Translations under genes and position numbers: made by a program | DNA from: Phoronis australis | Lineage: Eukaryota; Animalia; Phoronida | NCBI GenBank assembly: GCA_002633005.1 | Contig: NMRA01000028.1 | Location: 399,989-463,988, forward strand | DNA: 64,000 nucleotides | Direction: 5' to 3' | In this document: in pieces, positions 11,759 through 52,667 of the stretch | Numbering within the stretch: the stretch's first letter is position 1 | Layout: the number at the start of each line of letters is the position of its first letter | The notes under the pieces: model-generated | Told to the model about the DNA's origin: nothing | The model's database searches: none | The model's input: the letters and a program-made list of their open reading frames with translations, nothing else

Positions 11759-13207
11759 CTCCATCTAATTGTACTATTTTGTGAGTTATCGCAACCTTGA
11801 ATACAACATTATGTGACTTAAACAGCCTGTTTACCTACTAGTAACTGAATATGTTCAGCTAGCTTATGCTTTTGGTCTGGACAGAGCTTCCTAAGCGAGA
11901 CCTCCCAGGTGGGACATAAGTTGAATCACATTTGGAGATATAGTTGTTCTTTTAAAGAGGCCTGAAATGTGATAACCGGTCTAAATTGCAATATTGAAAG
12001 TGGTTCTCTGCCCTTGAAACAGAATTTAGTTTCAAATTTCAGTGTCAACTGCTTGCTACTTGGTGGATTTTTCTCCCACAAGGCAAAGCGCATCTCCTTA
12101 TTTGGTATGGATGGCACGACATAGATGCAGCACATTTCCCTTATATGGAAAATGTGACCTTTGACCTCAAAGGAAATTTCCATGGGAAAATGAGTTACTC
12201 TGTACTAGAGGTTGCGAGTTGGTACTTTCATCAAGCATTGTTTAAAAGGTATTTTTTGACGAGTTTTCGCATTCCATGCCTCTTTAAGTAACCTCACATT
12301 ATGTTAATGCACCAAAAACTTTGATTTGCTGTGTTCAATTTCTATACATGCTATGTTCATAAATACTTAACAGTGACCTTTAGGTATAACTAAGTTTTGC
12401 TCTAAGTTGGCAAGTATTATTCATTTTTAGTTTCTTATTACCTCATTCTTTTTTTACGATTTGCACTGTATCCTGTTTGCATGGAAATAAACGGAAATAA
12501 ATCTGGTAAATGAGTCAAAGATGGCCTTTTTAGAGGACATCCCTTCTTGAGTTGGGGTTTGCGGTTACTAGAAAAGCCTAGGTATTTTATATGTGATGTC
12601 TCCCCTTCATTCATGGTGCTTGTAATGTTTTTCTGTGTTCAGGAGTAACTGTAACAAATTGTTTGGATTCAGGCGTCACCATTTAGATCTGTTGCTCTGT
12701 TTGATGTGACTTGTAGGTCTGGTTTTTATAGGAGCACCAGTATGATATAAACAGTTGTTTACTTTCCCCCTTTTGTATTGGTTTGTGACTGGTGTTCATT
12801 ATGTATCAGCTATAAGTCACTAAGGGTTCAAGGACTGTAGGTTGCACACGTTCATTAAAAAGTTACTGTACAGCATTGTTTGACCTTTAAGTATAAGTAA
12901 ACATACTTATCACTCTTTCATATTTGTAGTTTACGCCTAAGGGTGCTTTCGTTTCCTATGTGCCCTCCCTGTGAGGAGATTTTAGATCTCACTCAGGGCT
13001 TGGTTATTAAACCTGAACGTCAGGGTATGCTACTGATTCTTCACATGTAAAAGTGGTAGTAGGCCAGCGTTCTGTGGAAGGAAATAAATTTGATTTAGAT
13101 CACGTGCCGATATAAATTTGGTCTTGACTTGTTCCTTACTCAGATGAGAGGTCTTGCACAGACTGGAACTGACATTTCTGGTGTTATTTCTTGAATTCAT
13201 GCTATCT

Positions 13208-13218
13208 AATAAAATAAA
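13208..13218 (+). terminator. Candidate polyadenylation signal of msn (double AATAAA)
   Basis: AATAAAATAAA near the end of the T-rich, CpG-poor tract that follows the stop codon. Other AATAAA copies occur upstream (e.g. 10561, 10697). Confidence 0.4.
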
Positions 13219-14677
13219 CAGCGGTTACTCAGATTTGAGGAGCCTGGTATATAGCAATAACGAATGGCCAGTCGTTTCCAAGACCAGAAACCATGCTTAT
13301 TTTGACAGGAACAATTTGAGGCCGGGTTTCCTAACGGTACATGTAAGTGGTCCTAATCATAAGTTGTTATAGTTATAGAAGACGAGATTATAGCACTTTT
13401 TAATATGCTTGAATGAACACATACACAACTAATTCCATAAACACACATCTATATTAAATCACTGAGGTGGCAGCCCATACGGGTTGGAACAGGATTCTTT
13501 CTTTTGTCTTGTACACAGTTCTTTTCTCACAAGCTCTGTGTCTTATAGTCAATTGATCACCGAATTATTTTTGTTCTAAATATAAAGGCCTAGGATGATT
13601 TTCCTTTTTCCTAAACTTCTGCGTGTGAAAAGGACGCTGCTCTTCATAAAGATGGGGATTTTTTTAATTCTACCTTTTATCGTGTTTTTCATGATTAACC
13701 GCTATAAACTTGCGTTGTAACGATGAAGCAAAGTAAACCACTTACGGCAAAAATTTGGTCTCGTGTTCTTCCTCAGGTGAGAAATATGTTTGGTCTTGCA
13801 AAGAAATGATACTGGCAGGAACTGTTTGAGACCAATTTCATAATTGTAAGTTGTGTAAATCACAAAACTGATTTTCATGACAAATGGCTAGTTACAGCCC
13901 GGCGCCCTAAACAATGAGCTCCATAGGAACCGGTACGTCGGCTGCCGGACCAATATTTTCCACAAACTACACAAAAAACATTTTGAGATCCGCCTGTAGA
14001 ATGCTACTGCACCAAATGAGACTCAAAATTTTCTGGGAGAAGCCGCTCCCTCTCGGTACAATGATATAGATACAGTATTCCGGCAGCCGGATCATTCGAT
14101 GTTAGTTGTCGGATATGATTCCCTGCACAGATTTATTAATCTCCTTTGGATTCAACAGAAGACACGCCGCACGATCGATGAGTAGATGCATAAATTTGAC
14201 AGTGACGTGTCAATAAGGAGCTAGTGGGCACCTACGCGGGGGGAAGTGCGTGAGGAGGTCTGGGGGGCGCGGATCTCTTTCAAGTAATTTGAGACACTTG
14301 GAACGTGCAGCAATCCCAAGGCTACATCCTTAATTAAACTATCTATGCTTACACAGACTCCGCGGTACCTACTCTCGGTCGGTCGAAAAGGTCTATCCAG
14401 TTGTGACCAGTGTCTAGTAGTGCATGTTCAGGTCATGCAGCCAACTTGTGGGAACTCGGGGAACGAGTAGGCTACTGCGACAATATTGTTTGCGACAGTT
14501 ACTTCCATCGCTTAACAAAGCATAATAATGTGGCCAGTCATACTCAGGTAGATTGGCTAACTAAACCTTAAGTCCTCCAAGATAAAACAACCCGTTTTAA
14601 TTTTAATAGGCCTACTTGGCCAAAATACACCAGAGCTCGGGGGTTAAATTTTTGTAGTCGGAATCGAACTCGTAATT

Positions 14678-14910
14678 CTTATTTCTTTCTTTTCACACAC
14701 TACACTCGAACTCTGAGTAGTCCGAAGTGGTTCTCATTCATTCCCTAGCAATCAAGCATTAGAGTGACCGCCGGGGAGACCGAGCTGCAGAGGAGTAGGG
14801 GCACTTTTTGTGCAATGCTCGACTGTCTGCCAGTGAATCCAGGATTCGAACCCCGGTCTCCCCCGCCAAACAGGAGTCCGGAGCTCAAACTAGTGAGCCA
14901 ATGACGAGTC
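14678..14910 (-). mobile_element. tRNA-derived SINE
   Basis: Minus strand: A-box-like TGGCTCACTAG (14890-14900) with D-arm GCTC/GAGC, B-box GGTTCGAATCC (14842-14852), an unrelated body and an A-rich tail (AAAAAGAAAGAAATAAG). No acceptor stem, so not a tRNA gene. Confidence 0.7.
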
Positions 14911-15329
14911 GTTGAGACTTTGACCTTCTCGTACTTTTCAATCGTGAATTTGAGATAACAATCTACAGGTGCCCTGGTACACTGTGGGTTTACATGGGTA
15001 ATCAATCCTAACTTGCACTTGATGACCCAGCATTAACGCTGGAAGTTCGAGTCTAACTGGAAATTTTGAAGAGCACGCGCTAACTCGGTGAAGTATCCTA
15101 TAACAAAGGTGGGCATTTTACCGAGAAAACACATGAATGTTGAAAGGCAAGTACAAGCACCCGGAACATAGGCATGTATTATCATTTGTCATACAACATC
15201 ACTGCTTAGGTTATGCATCCTCAACTGAGATCACAGGCAAATTAATAATGTTTGGGTGATTTCACCGCCTTCGTACTGCTAGTGGGATCCCGGCTGAGAT
15301 CCTCATAACACTGAACTCTGTGGATTTCC

Positions 15330-16220
15330 CGTTCGTGTGCATTTTGTCTCGTATAGGTGGCGCTAAATAAAGACCTTGCAGAACTCTAAATAGGTCCCAT
15401 TGACCTATTTAGTGAGACGTTGACGCCATTTCTAAGTAGGTCGTGACATCATCGTAATCTTTTAAATGAGGCCAAAAAGAAAGCAGTTCCGGAAACGTGT
15501 ATGCAGATTTATACGCCTTAAGGTCGAAATGTGGAACAAAAATTGTTGCGCATAATATTCTCATTTGTGAATTATAATTTATAGGCAAAGCACATAATTG
15601 AAAAAATGCATTAAAATGGCTTGAACAGTTCTTTATTCTTAAAATTATGATAATTATTTTAGCGCAGGCATCGAAACTACGTGAGTACTACGTCTGTCCG
15701 CCATTGTATTGTTCAGTCGTCGGCTATGTAAGCGTAGTACATTTCAGAAATTACTGATATTTGGTTGTAAAGCTGCCGAAACAATCCTGGTTTCATATCG
15801 GATATCTTCGACAAAAGATTCAAGAATCATTTGACGTGTTTTTTTAGCTTCCATGTTGTGTTGTTCGTCTGTACACGGAATTATTACTAAACGACTTGTG
15901 TGACATTCTCGACTCGATTTTGCCGGTGACTGAAGGAAGACCGCAAAGACGTGAACAGACGAGGGATATTGACTTTATTATTTTTTCTTGATGGTGTTTT
16001 CGGTAAGTCTGTGTTATTTGGCCGGATTTCATTGTTCGAAAATAAATTGAGGTATTAAAATTGCAATTTTGGCCTTGCAATCGGTGAATCGCGGCCAATA
16101 ACGGGACAGTGACAGTAATACTAGTAATAGTGACGTCGCAAGAAAAACTACTACTGTGCCGAGTCGAGTATGCTGTCAATACGATTTATGTATGCGAATC
16201 CACTCTCGTTTCATAATGTC
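15330..16220 (+). promoter_or_regulatory. CpG-rich promoter and probable non-coding first exon of TBL1 (ends at 16002)
   Basis: CpG-dense tract ahead of a CpG-poor, T-rich transcribed region. YY1-like GCCATT motifs at ~15424 and ~15700. Strong donor CG|GTAAGT at 16002/16003 could splice to the acceptor at 25080. Confidence 0.6.
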
Positions 16221-19200
16221 GTGATTTGATTTGACTTGCCCTGGTATTCTGAATGCCTCTCTGATAGTGTAGTTATCACTTGCACAATTATGTATCAAGT
16301 CGGTCCATATTGTTCATAAAATTAAAAACTGCCTTGACTTGTTATTCTGTGCTTTTTTGTAGATGTATTTCAATTTGGCTGTGGCTAACGTTTGTTAAAC
16401 TTGAGTGTGCATTTATCCTTCATGTTTGTTCCATTTTAACTTCTTATTCCAGTCATCTTATTTCTGCCTCATGTAGACTTCCAATCCTAAAGTTTGTTTT
16501 TACAGCAACAAGTTTCATTTCAGGTCCTTAATGGAAATTGTGTCTGGACAAGCCAATATTTAAACAAGATTTTTTACCATCACTACCAAACTTCTATGTT
16601 TTGTTGAATGCAATTTGAATCTGGCATTATTTGGATATTTCATAGTTTTTTGTAATAACTTTATGTCCATCTCGTTATTTAAGGCAGGTTTGTATATGAT
16701 AACGAAAATAAGACAGTTCTACAAAGTTTCCATGTACAGTATTTGAGAAAAAGTTTTTTTGGAATGTTTAAGCTGTCTGCCATCCAGGCTGCTGCCACCT
16801 ACTGTTCATGTGCTAGTTGCTACTGAGTCATTTTACAAACTGTTGTGTTGAAGTTTTTGTAATTTTGTGTTAAGTGTATGATTACCATAATTAGACAGTG
16901 AGCAGTTAGATTATTTGCACTCCATTATTCAAAAAACAGCCTTGATGTGATATTCTTACTAATTTTATGTCATTTCTGTCATGGGAGACAACTCTCGCTT
17001 GTTACATGTTTGCCTGATCAATTCACAATCCTAGCTTATCCATTATGGTCTTTTCAGAATGCATATTAAACAGCCCTGTTGCCTCTGAATGTTGGTTTCT
17101 ATTGAGTATCACTACCTACTGTTCTCCCACACTATGAATAAGAATACCTAACCTGGTCAATACTTAGAGGAGTATTGTCACTCATGCATAGACTGGTGTG
17201 TGTGTGTTTCAGTCAGCCATTGTTCAGTCAAACATACTTTGCTGTTCAAAGAAAGCTCAGCCAGTGAGATGTGAATGAGCTATTAATAGACATGTGACTC
17301 ACTCAAGCAGTTCCCAGTGCTGTGTGTGCAGGGTCATTACACTAATCACTCTTGATAGATCAGTTGCCTTGGAGACCTAATAATTATTTGCTGTTGTTTT
17401 ATCAGTGCCTGTCAATGTCAAGTTAAAGCTGCAGTTCACCCTGTTTAGCTAGCTAAAAAGCAGAATATCTTATTAGGCCTTTTACTCTCGTGAAATAGGT
17501 CTCATAATGTTCCTTACTGTATTAGAATGCTATTTCCTTTAGCAACAAGAACATTAAAAACCATCATCAACTCAAGAAAATAGATTTAACAGTGTTGGCC
17601 AACCCTAGAGTTGTGATTTCAAAAATGTTGTATGTTGCATTACTTGTGACTTGAGTTGGAAACAATTCCAAGATCAGATGAGCATGGTGGTGTTTTAAAC
17701 TTCAAACCTCTTATGTTGAGAGTTTGTTGAAGTTATACCCGTAATGGAATTTCTAACTTAGGAAATGTGGGAAGTTCATCTATACCTTAACTGTTCAAAT
17801 GTGTCAATTGAAACTTTAATTTTTGATTTGCGTACACTTAAAAATGCTAGTCTCTTCAGATCTTTTAGTATCTTGGTGCTGAAAGTTTATCTAATTCAGG
17901 GCTCGTCACTTAGCATAGCCTCGACTCCCCAAATGCGACCTGGTGAAATTCCCAGGTCATCAAATTGGAAGTGAGGTCACCAGAAAAGGAAACCATGGAA
18001 TCAAATGTGGGGTGCAAGAGATCTACAGAAATGTGCATAGTTGGCACCATGGGTAATGAAAAGTGGGAATATGTGATTTGAAGAACTGGGCAAATGTTCA
18101 CTAAGACATACCAGATCTGTCGGAGAGCTGTTTTTATTCAAATGGAAAATTAGGAGTGCACTGTGGTCAGTAACACCCAATTAGTCCCCCCTTGAAAAGC
18201 AGACGATCAAAATGCATGGCTTGTTCCGGTTTTTGCCGATCAAAGTCAGACAACGTCTGTTTGGTTCTGTTAATATTTTGACTGCATGCTCAGATTTGTG
18301 TGGGACGGTGATTTTTACCAGGTCGCAAATCGTCAAATCAAGCCTTGTAATTGGTGGTGTTGAAAATAGTCATTGTGTGTTTTTCATACTTTGATTTATC
18401 TGAGCAATCCTAATATGGTTGTACAGTGCTGAATATAAACTCATGACTCTTCCGTACTGATAATGTGCTGAGCCATAGTTGTACTTTTGGAAAATCCCAA
18501 TGTAATCCTGTGTCTTCAGCACCATTCAGGTCCAGCTGAGGCCAGCCCTAATGTCTGCCCCTGTCTGAACACACTCTCTATTCAGGCCAGCTTATTACAT
18601 AATAAATTTCTTCATTTGACCCCATGACCCTGTTTGATGTGAGACAAACTGGCAAACTTGTTGTGCTGTTGCTAGTATTACACAATGCACCAGTCTTCCT
18701 ATTCACAGAGCTACTGCAACAGAATGACTGACTGACAGAGTTTCTGCTGTTTTTTCTGGATCTGTGTTGATCTGTAAGCTAATTGGGACATGTTATTGTT
18801 AAAACAATTTTATTCTCTATGGTTTCTTAATCAACTGTAACTTACCAAATATTGCAACTCCCTATGTGCATTCTTGTTAAATCAGTTATCTCCCCTGTTT
18901 CGTGGTAATTATGTCCCTTGTTTCTTGGTAATTATCTCCCATGGACCTTGTCCTTTTGCCATATGTTTATCATTCAGTTTGCCCTGACATTTGATCCTGT
19001 ACAAACAGCTCTGAGCAGCCTGCTCAACTAGGTCAAAAACAACCTATTTAGGTTACAACCAGGTTTTTGACAGCTGTTTCAAAAGGTTAAGCGCATTGTG
19101 AAGAGGGCTGAAACTTCGTATGATACTTAATACCTTGGTTTACACATAACGAGACTGGAATTTTTCTGTTTTTTTCCTGCAATTGCAAGATTGTGCATCA

Positions 19201-20496
19201 ATATTAGCGATCACAGTGATAATAAATGGAACACATTAGTGTTCAGTATTCATACTAATCGGTGGAAACTGAAAGAGTCTTGTGTAATTTTCTCACTAAT
19301 CACAAATCCCTCTTTACCTCAACAGCACTTCACAAGGCTGAGCACTGGTATTCAAGTACCACTACTTATCAGTGGTAAGAAAATACCAGTAACACCAATA
19401 GCAAAAGCTCTGGTTTGTTCAAAGAATCCAAGGCAAATTCAGGTACATGAAGTAAGTTGAGCATGTACTGTGTAGGACTGGGTTAATGCCCGCCCATCCC
19501 CAGTTTGTACAAACAACATCTCTGTTTAAATACTTGTGTTTACGTGAACGCAAAGTGTCTCATCTGGGTTTTAGTTCCCAAAAATACACAGCTTGGTTAC
19601 GTTGGAGTAGCAATAAGTTAGTTCAGTGGAATCGTATCACACTCTCCTGCTCTTGATTGAAGGAGACATAATTTTTTGGGCTAAAGCACATTTTAAAATT
19701 GTACTCAATGAGCTAAATAATTTATCTTGTTTGATCACTCTCGTGTGCAAAATTGTGATAGCATTCACATGAGCAGCGTGTAGTCCCGCGTTAAGATACG
19801 CTGCGTAAAAATCATGGTTACAATAATGACTTCACTGCATTCTAGACACTTGGCTTAACTGATAACCCCTCATATTTGTATTCTCCCAATTCAAGCGTTC
19901 TGGCTGGTAAGCCAGATAGTATGGTGCATTTCAATAGTTCAAATTGGCTTCATAACTGGTATTCAGCCTGTTTTGAGAACGTTGGTGTTGCTAGTTAGTG
20001 CACCAGGTTTGTCTTAAAACACGAGTTTACCCAATTAGGTAAAAAGCAAGCTATACACTCTTCACGCATGGTTACAAAGTTAACTCTCATATGGTAAAAT
20101 AGCGTTAAAATGTTGTATCGAGTAGAAAACATCATTATTGGGTCGTATCGATAAATCTTGTCTTAGTGATTTCCGTCAACTCTTAACAAATTCGAGGAAT
20201 TAAAATCAAGCTTGAGAAGGGGAAATGAGTCGTGAACCTTGCACAGGTTTCAATCATCTTCAAACAACAGTCATTTATTGAGAAAAAGATAATAGTCACT
20301 TACAGGGGTTCTGCATTTTGACATTTTTTTCCATCAAAAACTCGTTGTAAAATCCAGGACCTTTGTAGTTTACTATTGGCCGAGAAAAGAGCCACCCACC
20401 TGAAACCAGGTTTGTTTAGTCAGTGACCTAAAAAGCAAGTCATGCTAAAATGAGTCGTGCAAGTAATTTCTTAGTTGGATTTATTACCATGAACGT

Positions 20497-20930
20497 CAAG
20501 GTATCTAAACTTCACGGTCAACGGACTCATAAACACAGGCATGGACACATGAACACGATTCACGGACCTGCAAACACCGTCCACTGACTCACTAACACGG
20601 GAATGGACTCTCAAAACACGATCCACGCACCCAAATACACTGGACACGGACTCATCATATTCACGAGGAAACATGGTTAACGGACTGCCAAACACGGGTC
20701 ACGGACTCCTCGGCTTCCTGGGTCAGTTGACATCTCCATTTTGTCCGTAAACGGTGTTTGGCGGTCCGTTATCTGTGGTAATATGAGTCCGTGTCCCATT
20801 TATTTGGTGCGTGGATCGTGTTTTGTGAGTCCGTTCCTGTGTTTGTGAGTCAGTGGACGGTGTTTACAGGTCTGTGAGTCATGTTCATGCGTGTTTACGA
20901 GTCCCTTGATGGTGTAGCTTAGGTACCTTG
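20497..20930. mobile_element. Foldback MITE with 5-bp TSD
   Basis: Long imperfect TIRs CAAGGTATCTAAAC... / ...GCTTAGGTACCTTG built from CACGGACTC-type subrepeats. AACGT is duplicated at 20492-20496 and 20931-20935. A solo right end of the same family lies at 34241-34278. Confidence 0.85.
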
Positions 20931-20954
20931 AACGTAGGCTGTAGACGGATACCC

Positions 20955-21997
20955 TTTTTGTATACCCATGTGTGGGTGCATTATGAGGTTATCCCCACCC
21001 GTCTGGCATCTGCTCTTGGATTTCCAAAACCCCTTGATAGATGTTCATAAAAAATTTCCAGACTTCTTCCTGTTACGGAGCGGAGGGCATGAGCACGGTA
21101 TCGGACTGATCCAACTACTGGTGGTAATTTCAGATTTTTTTACATTTGTGTCTTTATCTTCGTTCTTTGATGGATTTTCATAAGCTTTGGCAAATAGGTA
21201 TAGATCTGTTAAGAAGGGGATGCTGTCATCTCAATTCCGAAAGGATTCAACTTATTCTGTGCTATCTAGTTCCCATATTTACTTTTTTTGACGTCCGTCT
21301 CTCTATCGGCCAAACTACCCTTTAGGATGGTTATGAAAATTGTACAGATGTTTCTACAGGGAAGTGGATGGCTGGCTTTTGACTCTGACTACTGTGGCCC
21401 TTCCTAGTGGCATTTTTATTTTTTGTATAATCTGCAGCTGTACCTCATGAACTGCTGACAAGAACTTCGTTAATTTTGGCAAGTGTTTTCTTATAAAAGC
21501 GGCAACAGATGGCGACGTCTTTTTGATGGATCCGACCTACATTGTGCAAAGTTCCTTGGCGGATGTTAGTGAAATGTGACACTAGGCTTCAAAGAAATGA
21601 TGTCACCTTCCTATTTGCGGCCTGACATTTTATGCTCCACCTAGTGGTCACTTTTGTTACTTTTTAAACTTGTTTCTTGGATTAATTGCTCTAAAGATCG
21701 TTACGAAAATTGGCATATGTGTTTCTAATTGGAAGCACAGCTTATAATTATTTTCAGATGCCTCTGCCAACTGTGGCATCCCCTAATGGCAGTTTTGATT
21801 TTTTCGGTGAAAGATGGCAGATGTGTTCCTATTGAGTGGAGGATTTCTGGCTTGGTTTGCGTCCGTTAGCAGCTATTTTTATGTTTACGAGCATTGTTCC
21901 TTTTTGTGGAAATGCTTAAAATAACAAATATTTCTTACATCAGCGCTGTGTGCAATGCACTCTGTGGGTAGATGTCAATGCGCTGCATTGCTCTTGT
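20955..21997. mobile_element. Second HINE/Helentron-like non-autonomous element
   Basis: Shares CTAGTGG, GGATGGTT(G/A)TGAAAATTG and AAAATTGGCATATGTGT blocks with 412-2074. The 3' end has subTIR TGTGGGTAGA, then a perfect hairpin CAATGC-GCT-GCATTG and CTCTTGTT. Confidence 0.65.
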
Positions 21998-23728
21998 TGA
22001 AATGAGCAGCAAGCAGTGCCACAGCTCAGTTTATGTTTTTAATCATAACTTTGTAGTTGTGACGTGTACAGGCATGTGTTGTGTGTACAAAAATGTACAA
22101 AAAGTTTCTGTATTGTGTATACTCTAGCAACCATATGTTGACTATAGTCCCGTTTAGACATCAACTTTTGATCCAATTGAAACTGACACAGAACAACTTG
22201 ATCGGTGTCAAGTGGCCGTTTACACACACAATTTTATTAGCTGTGGCAAGACGGAAGTTGTATGCTGGAGAGTGGAATGCACATGCGTAGGTTTTCAAAC
22301 AGCGGTAGTTGCAGAGATAGAGCCCGTATGTAGGTCATTGCATAAGCACAGTAGAGATGATCCTTTCCGCCTTGCCCCAGTTTAGCGTTTAGACATATAA
22401 TTGACACGGGGCAAGGTGTTCGAGCGCAAAATGCCCCACCTCACGAACGGATGTCAATTTGCTCCGTGTCAGTCCCGTTTACATACTGGAGCACCTCGTT
22501 CCATGTCAGCTGATCTGTGTCAACTTTTGAACTACATATCGTAATAGGATACTCACGGTGTACATGGGGCATGAGGTCTAGAATTTTTAATGGGTAAACT
22601 TGAAAAAACAGTTTGAGTACTGAGTCCTATTTGCACCAATGTGTCTAATGCTTCTTGTATGTGAGTTGTGTTTTTTGGTCCATGACTCGTGGCATAAGTG
22701 TGAATTGAAACCTGTTCCAGCTACAAGGTTCGTAGTTTTAGGTATGTAGTACTTGTTTAGGGGTGCCTAAAGCCCTTCAACATTTTGTGGACTCCTTTCA
22801 TTCTCCAAATTTCTAAAGCGTCTTTCGTAGGGTTGTTTTCTTTGATTAGAATTGCTGTCTGTCAGGCAAGGGTAAAATTGTTTAGTGACAGTTCTATAGG
22901 GTACAAACTATGCTAGCAACAAAGTAAGCATAAGTTACCTGTTGAGAAAATTGGCAAAATGAAACTTCCACTGTAATGTGTGGCAAACAAAGAAATAGGG
23001 ATCTGAAATGGTGAGCTTAATCTGTTTGTTTTGGCAGGTTAACACCACCATGTTGTCAATGAAACATTAGTGTTGTACCATCTGAGCATGCCTGCAAACA
23101 CTTTGTTGTGGGAAAAACAAAATTGTACATGTCATAACCTCATTTATCTATGGATATACCGGACTTGAAGCTTGACATCATTCAACTATGGGGGTTCAGC
23201 CTATGCCATTGGATAGCTTCGTTCCTTCCTAATTACAAAAACACTGACTCAGGGCCCTGGGTATTAGACCAGACATTGTTTTGAGTTTCTGTAAACCAGA
23301 CCAGCCCTGCATACTTTGGCACCAACTCTGAGAGGCAGCTAATCCTACATGTAGGTTGACACCTTATCCTTCACATGAACTGAAGAGTTCACTTAAGTTC
23401 ATCGAATTGGAGGGATATAATTTCGTCAGAATAAAGTTAAAACTGATTTATCTGAAGGACCAGATCGTTAGAACTACACATTTTGTCTGCGTTTCCCCAG
23501 TGTTTCGAAGTGTGGAGCGGGGTGGTGAATGGTCTCAGTGGAATACAAAGCCCAATGCAGCATGCAGGTTCGGGAATGTGGGATCCCTGTGCTTTTAAGG
23601 GATCGTGGTGGTGAATAGTTGTAGCGGATGCAGGGCCCACTGCCCCAATGAAGAGTTTTGTATCATTCTGACATGCTTCAATGACCAATTAAGGTGCTTT
23701 AGAAAGCGGATACGCCTGGACATAGACA

Positions 23729-24133
23729 TAGACAGTGACCACCGTCTCTAGCTCGCCCCAGTAGATACGGAAAGATTTTTGGCGAATTATGCCTCACTGA
23801 TTAAAACATCAAAGTTATTAGAATCTTTTGTGCGTAGAGGGGCACATTAGGAGGTCGTGGATGTCTTTAATTCCTTCCAACTCAAACAAATACTCCCATA
23901 ATCAAACCTTTTCAAGCAGTGCTGCATTTTTAAAACTGCCGGGCGTAGTAAAAAGAATATTTGTTTGAGTTGGAGGGAAATAAAGATATCGACTGCCTCC
24001 TAAGGTGTCCCTCTATGCACAAAAGGTACTTATAAAAATGTGACTTCAGTATGAGGCATGATTTGCCGAAAAACTTCTGGTGTATGCTTCATGATGTCTA
24101 CTGTGGCCATCTAGAGATGGTGTTCACTGTCTA
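23729..24133. mobile_element. Foldback (long inverted repeat) MITE
   Basis: TAGACAGTGACCACCGTCTCTAG ... CTAGAGATGGTGTTCACTGTCTA. Arms stay complementary for ~165 bp (e.g. CCAACTCAAACAAATA / TATTTGTTTGAGTTGG). Confidence 0.8.
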
Positions 24134-25135
24134 GCCTGGACTGTGCTTCAGAATGTTCGTTAAAACTGAATTGTCCATCTCTAGGCACGTACACACAACA
24201 AAAGTATATTTGAATCTATTTATATCTGATTAACAAACTTGTATAATGAAACTTTGGTTGACATCCTTTATTGTATTCTTGGTCATAGTAAGCCAGTTGG
24301 ATGGGAGTTAGCCTGCATAGCAGACGATTTACCCAGTATTCATCCATTTCGTGTACGCCAGACGACTACTCACATAAATAGACTGGCCTGTGGTTCATTT
24401 AACCGATGACTACATTTTGTGCAATATAATTCACATTGTTGTATGACCTCTTTTTTAAATGTGAACACAATAAAATTTACCATTTCTCTACCGATTTCAT
24501 CAGTGTTCACAGGTGTTACGCCATTTTATAAAAACAATGTCAAGGTCGTTGTTGGTCCCTGACTATAGTCATTTGCTGTGCATTGTCGAATAGCCAGGCA
24601 CAACCGAATGTCGGCTAGGCCAATAAGCGAACGTGAGGAACAAAGGAGATAAAATGATCATGTTTAATAAGGGGAAAGGCTCAAGATCCGATTTTGGTTC
24701 ATTGTTTTTTGCATTCTATTCCCAAACATCGACAGTATCCATGTAACTTGTGTATTACATATTCATTTTTACTACCTATTTTTGTGTAGTGGTTTGCCAT
24801 CAGGATAAGGTGTTTAGCGGTCAATTTGGGCAAGATTACGTGTGGCGGGGCCAAAAGGGAGCATGGCAGGCTGTCTAGATTTTTAAGCACAGGGGAAACA
24901 CTGCTTTGTCAATAATTAATAAAAATCCAACGCTCATGAATATCGCATTTCATTGTTCAGTCTCAGTCAGCTTTGTCTGAAACATGTCTTAACAATCTTA
25001 ATTTTGTGAAGAGTTTTATGGTCATGTGCACTAGAAGAAAAGTTTGCAACTAAAAAATAAGGCTATGCTTTTTCTCCAGGTGACGCCCTCACTTGCCGAA
25101 TGATTGGATCCAGTGGCTGAACCCTATTGCTGACC

Positions 25136-51400
<26,265 letters not shown>

Positions 51401-52661
51401 CCGTCTACCTCTCATCATGTGTCAACCTCTCACCTTGACAACTCATCAACTGCAAGTGTAAGGTCACTTGTAGTTTATTGTGCTACACACGGAGGTCGCC
51501 ACTGCGCATAGCTGGTGTTAGTGTGAATGCCGCAACAGTCCGTGTACTGCGTTCGGACAGTGTCATCAGACGGACATAGATCAGATCCACTGAAGGAAGT
51601 TATGGAAGACTGTGGCTTGTTAGTGATGTGACTGGGCTGAGAGAGCAGCATGTCACCATTTCCTTGCAGGTGAAAAATGCTTTTGTCTGTGAGTTCTCTC
51701 CAAGTTACAAGTCTCACTAAACAACTGTAGTAAAGACTGCTTTGTTAAGCAGGTGCAACAACATTTGGATAGATAGAGAAATGTGTTGGAATGGAAGTGG
51801 ACTGAGGAGCCCGTTGCAGTGACCACTTGTCGTCACTAAATTGTTTGGTGAAATGTCCAGTGTGCTATACATCTCCAGGAAACTGGTGACTTGACGACAG
51901 AGGGAGCAACTGTTGTGTGTACTGGTTGTAAATAAGACAGCAGTGTATAAATTGGAACATAGTTGAAATAAATTTGTAAAGTCAAAGCCATGCTATGGCT
52001 GCTGAGGGTGTTGAACCCTAAACGTGTTCGTCTTTGATGCAAATACCGTTTAGTGTTATTTTAGCATAAGCATTCAAAACATGGTAATTCTTGATTATTC
52101 CCTACTTTGGGACCAAACTGAACCACATCATTTATACTGAGACACCGCTCACGTCTTCTGATGAAAGTTGTTGGAGCAATAAAATGACGTTACTGTAAAC
52201 ATTTTGTGCTTTCCCAATAACTACTCTCACTTGAGCCACTCGACAGTTGAAGTGTGTAAGTTAACTGTTTTTAGCGAAAAATGTACCTTAGATGCATTGC
52301 GTTTTCTAGGTAAAGATACCCTTCGCCTAGTTTTTTTTGCTCAAACGACCGTGTACTGAGGGCTTGTCTGAGGCAATCGTTCTCAAAACAACCAGTGAGA
52401 AATGTACTTATGCAATGCCCTTAGTTTTGGGTGTCGATTATGCCCTTGAAAGTCTTAACAAAACCAGATTCCATGTCTCGCTTGAATCCCGGGCTACCTG
52501 CTGTGCTCTTTTACAAATGAACGTTGAATAGTAGAATTAGGTAAGGAGACGCTAGGTACAACTAGAGTATTGTTAGATGTCACGGGGCGATGTGTCTACA
52601 GTAAATTCGTGGAATAATGTTCTCAATCGTCCATCCTGTTTTATGTTACAAATGGCAACCT

Positions 52662-52667
52662 AATAAA
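52662..52667 (+). terminator. Candidate TBL1 polyadenylation signal
   Basis: AATAAA followed ~25-45 nt downstream by a GT/T-rich element (CTGTGTTATTTTGTATTTT). Strand base skew flips just after it. An alternative AATAAA lies at ~52178. Confidence 0.55.

Noticed and set aside
14830-14910. tRNA gene
   Set aside because: It has A/B boxes and D/T arms but no acceptor stem or normal anticodon arm, so it is better explained as a SINE head.
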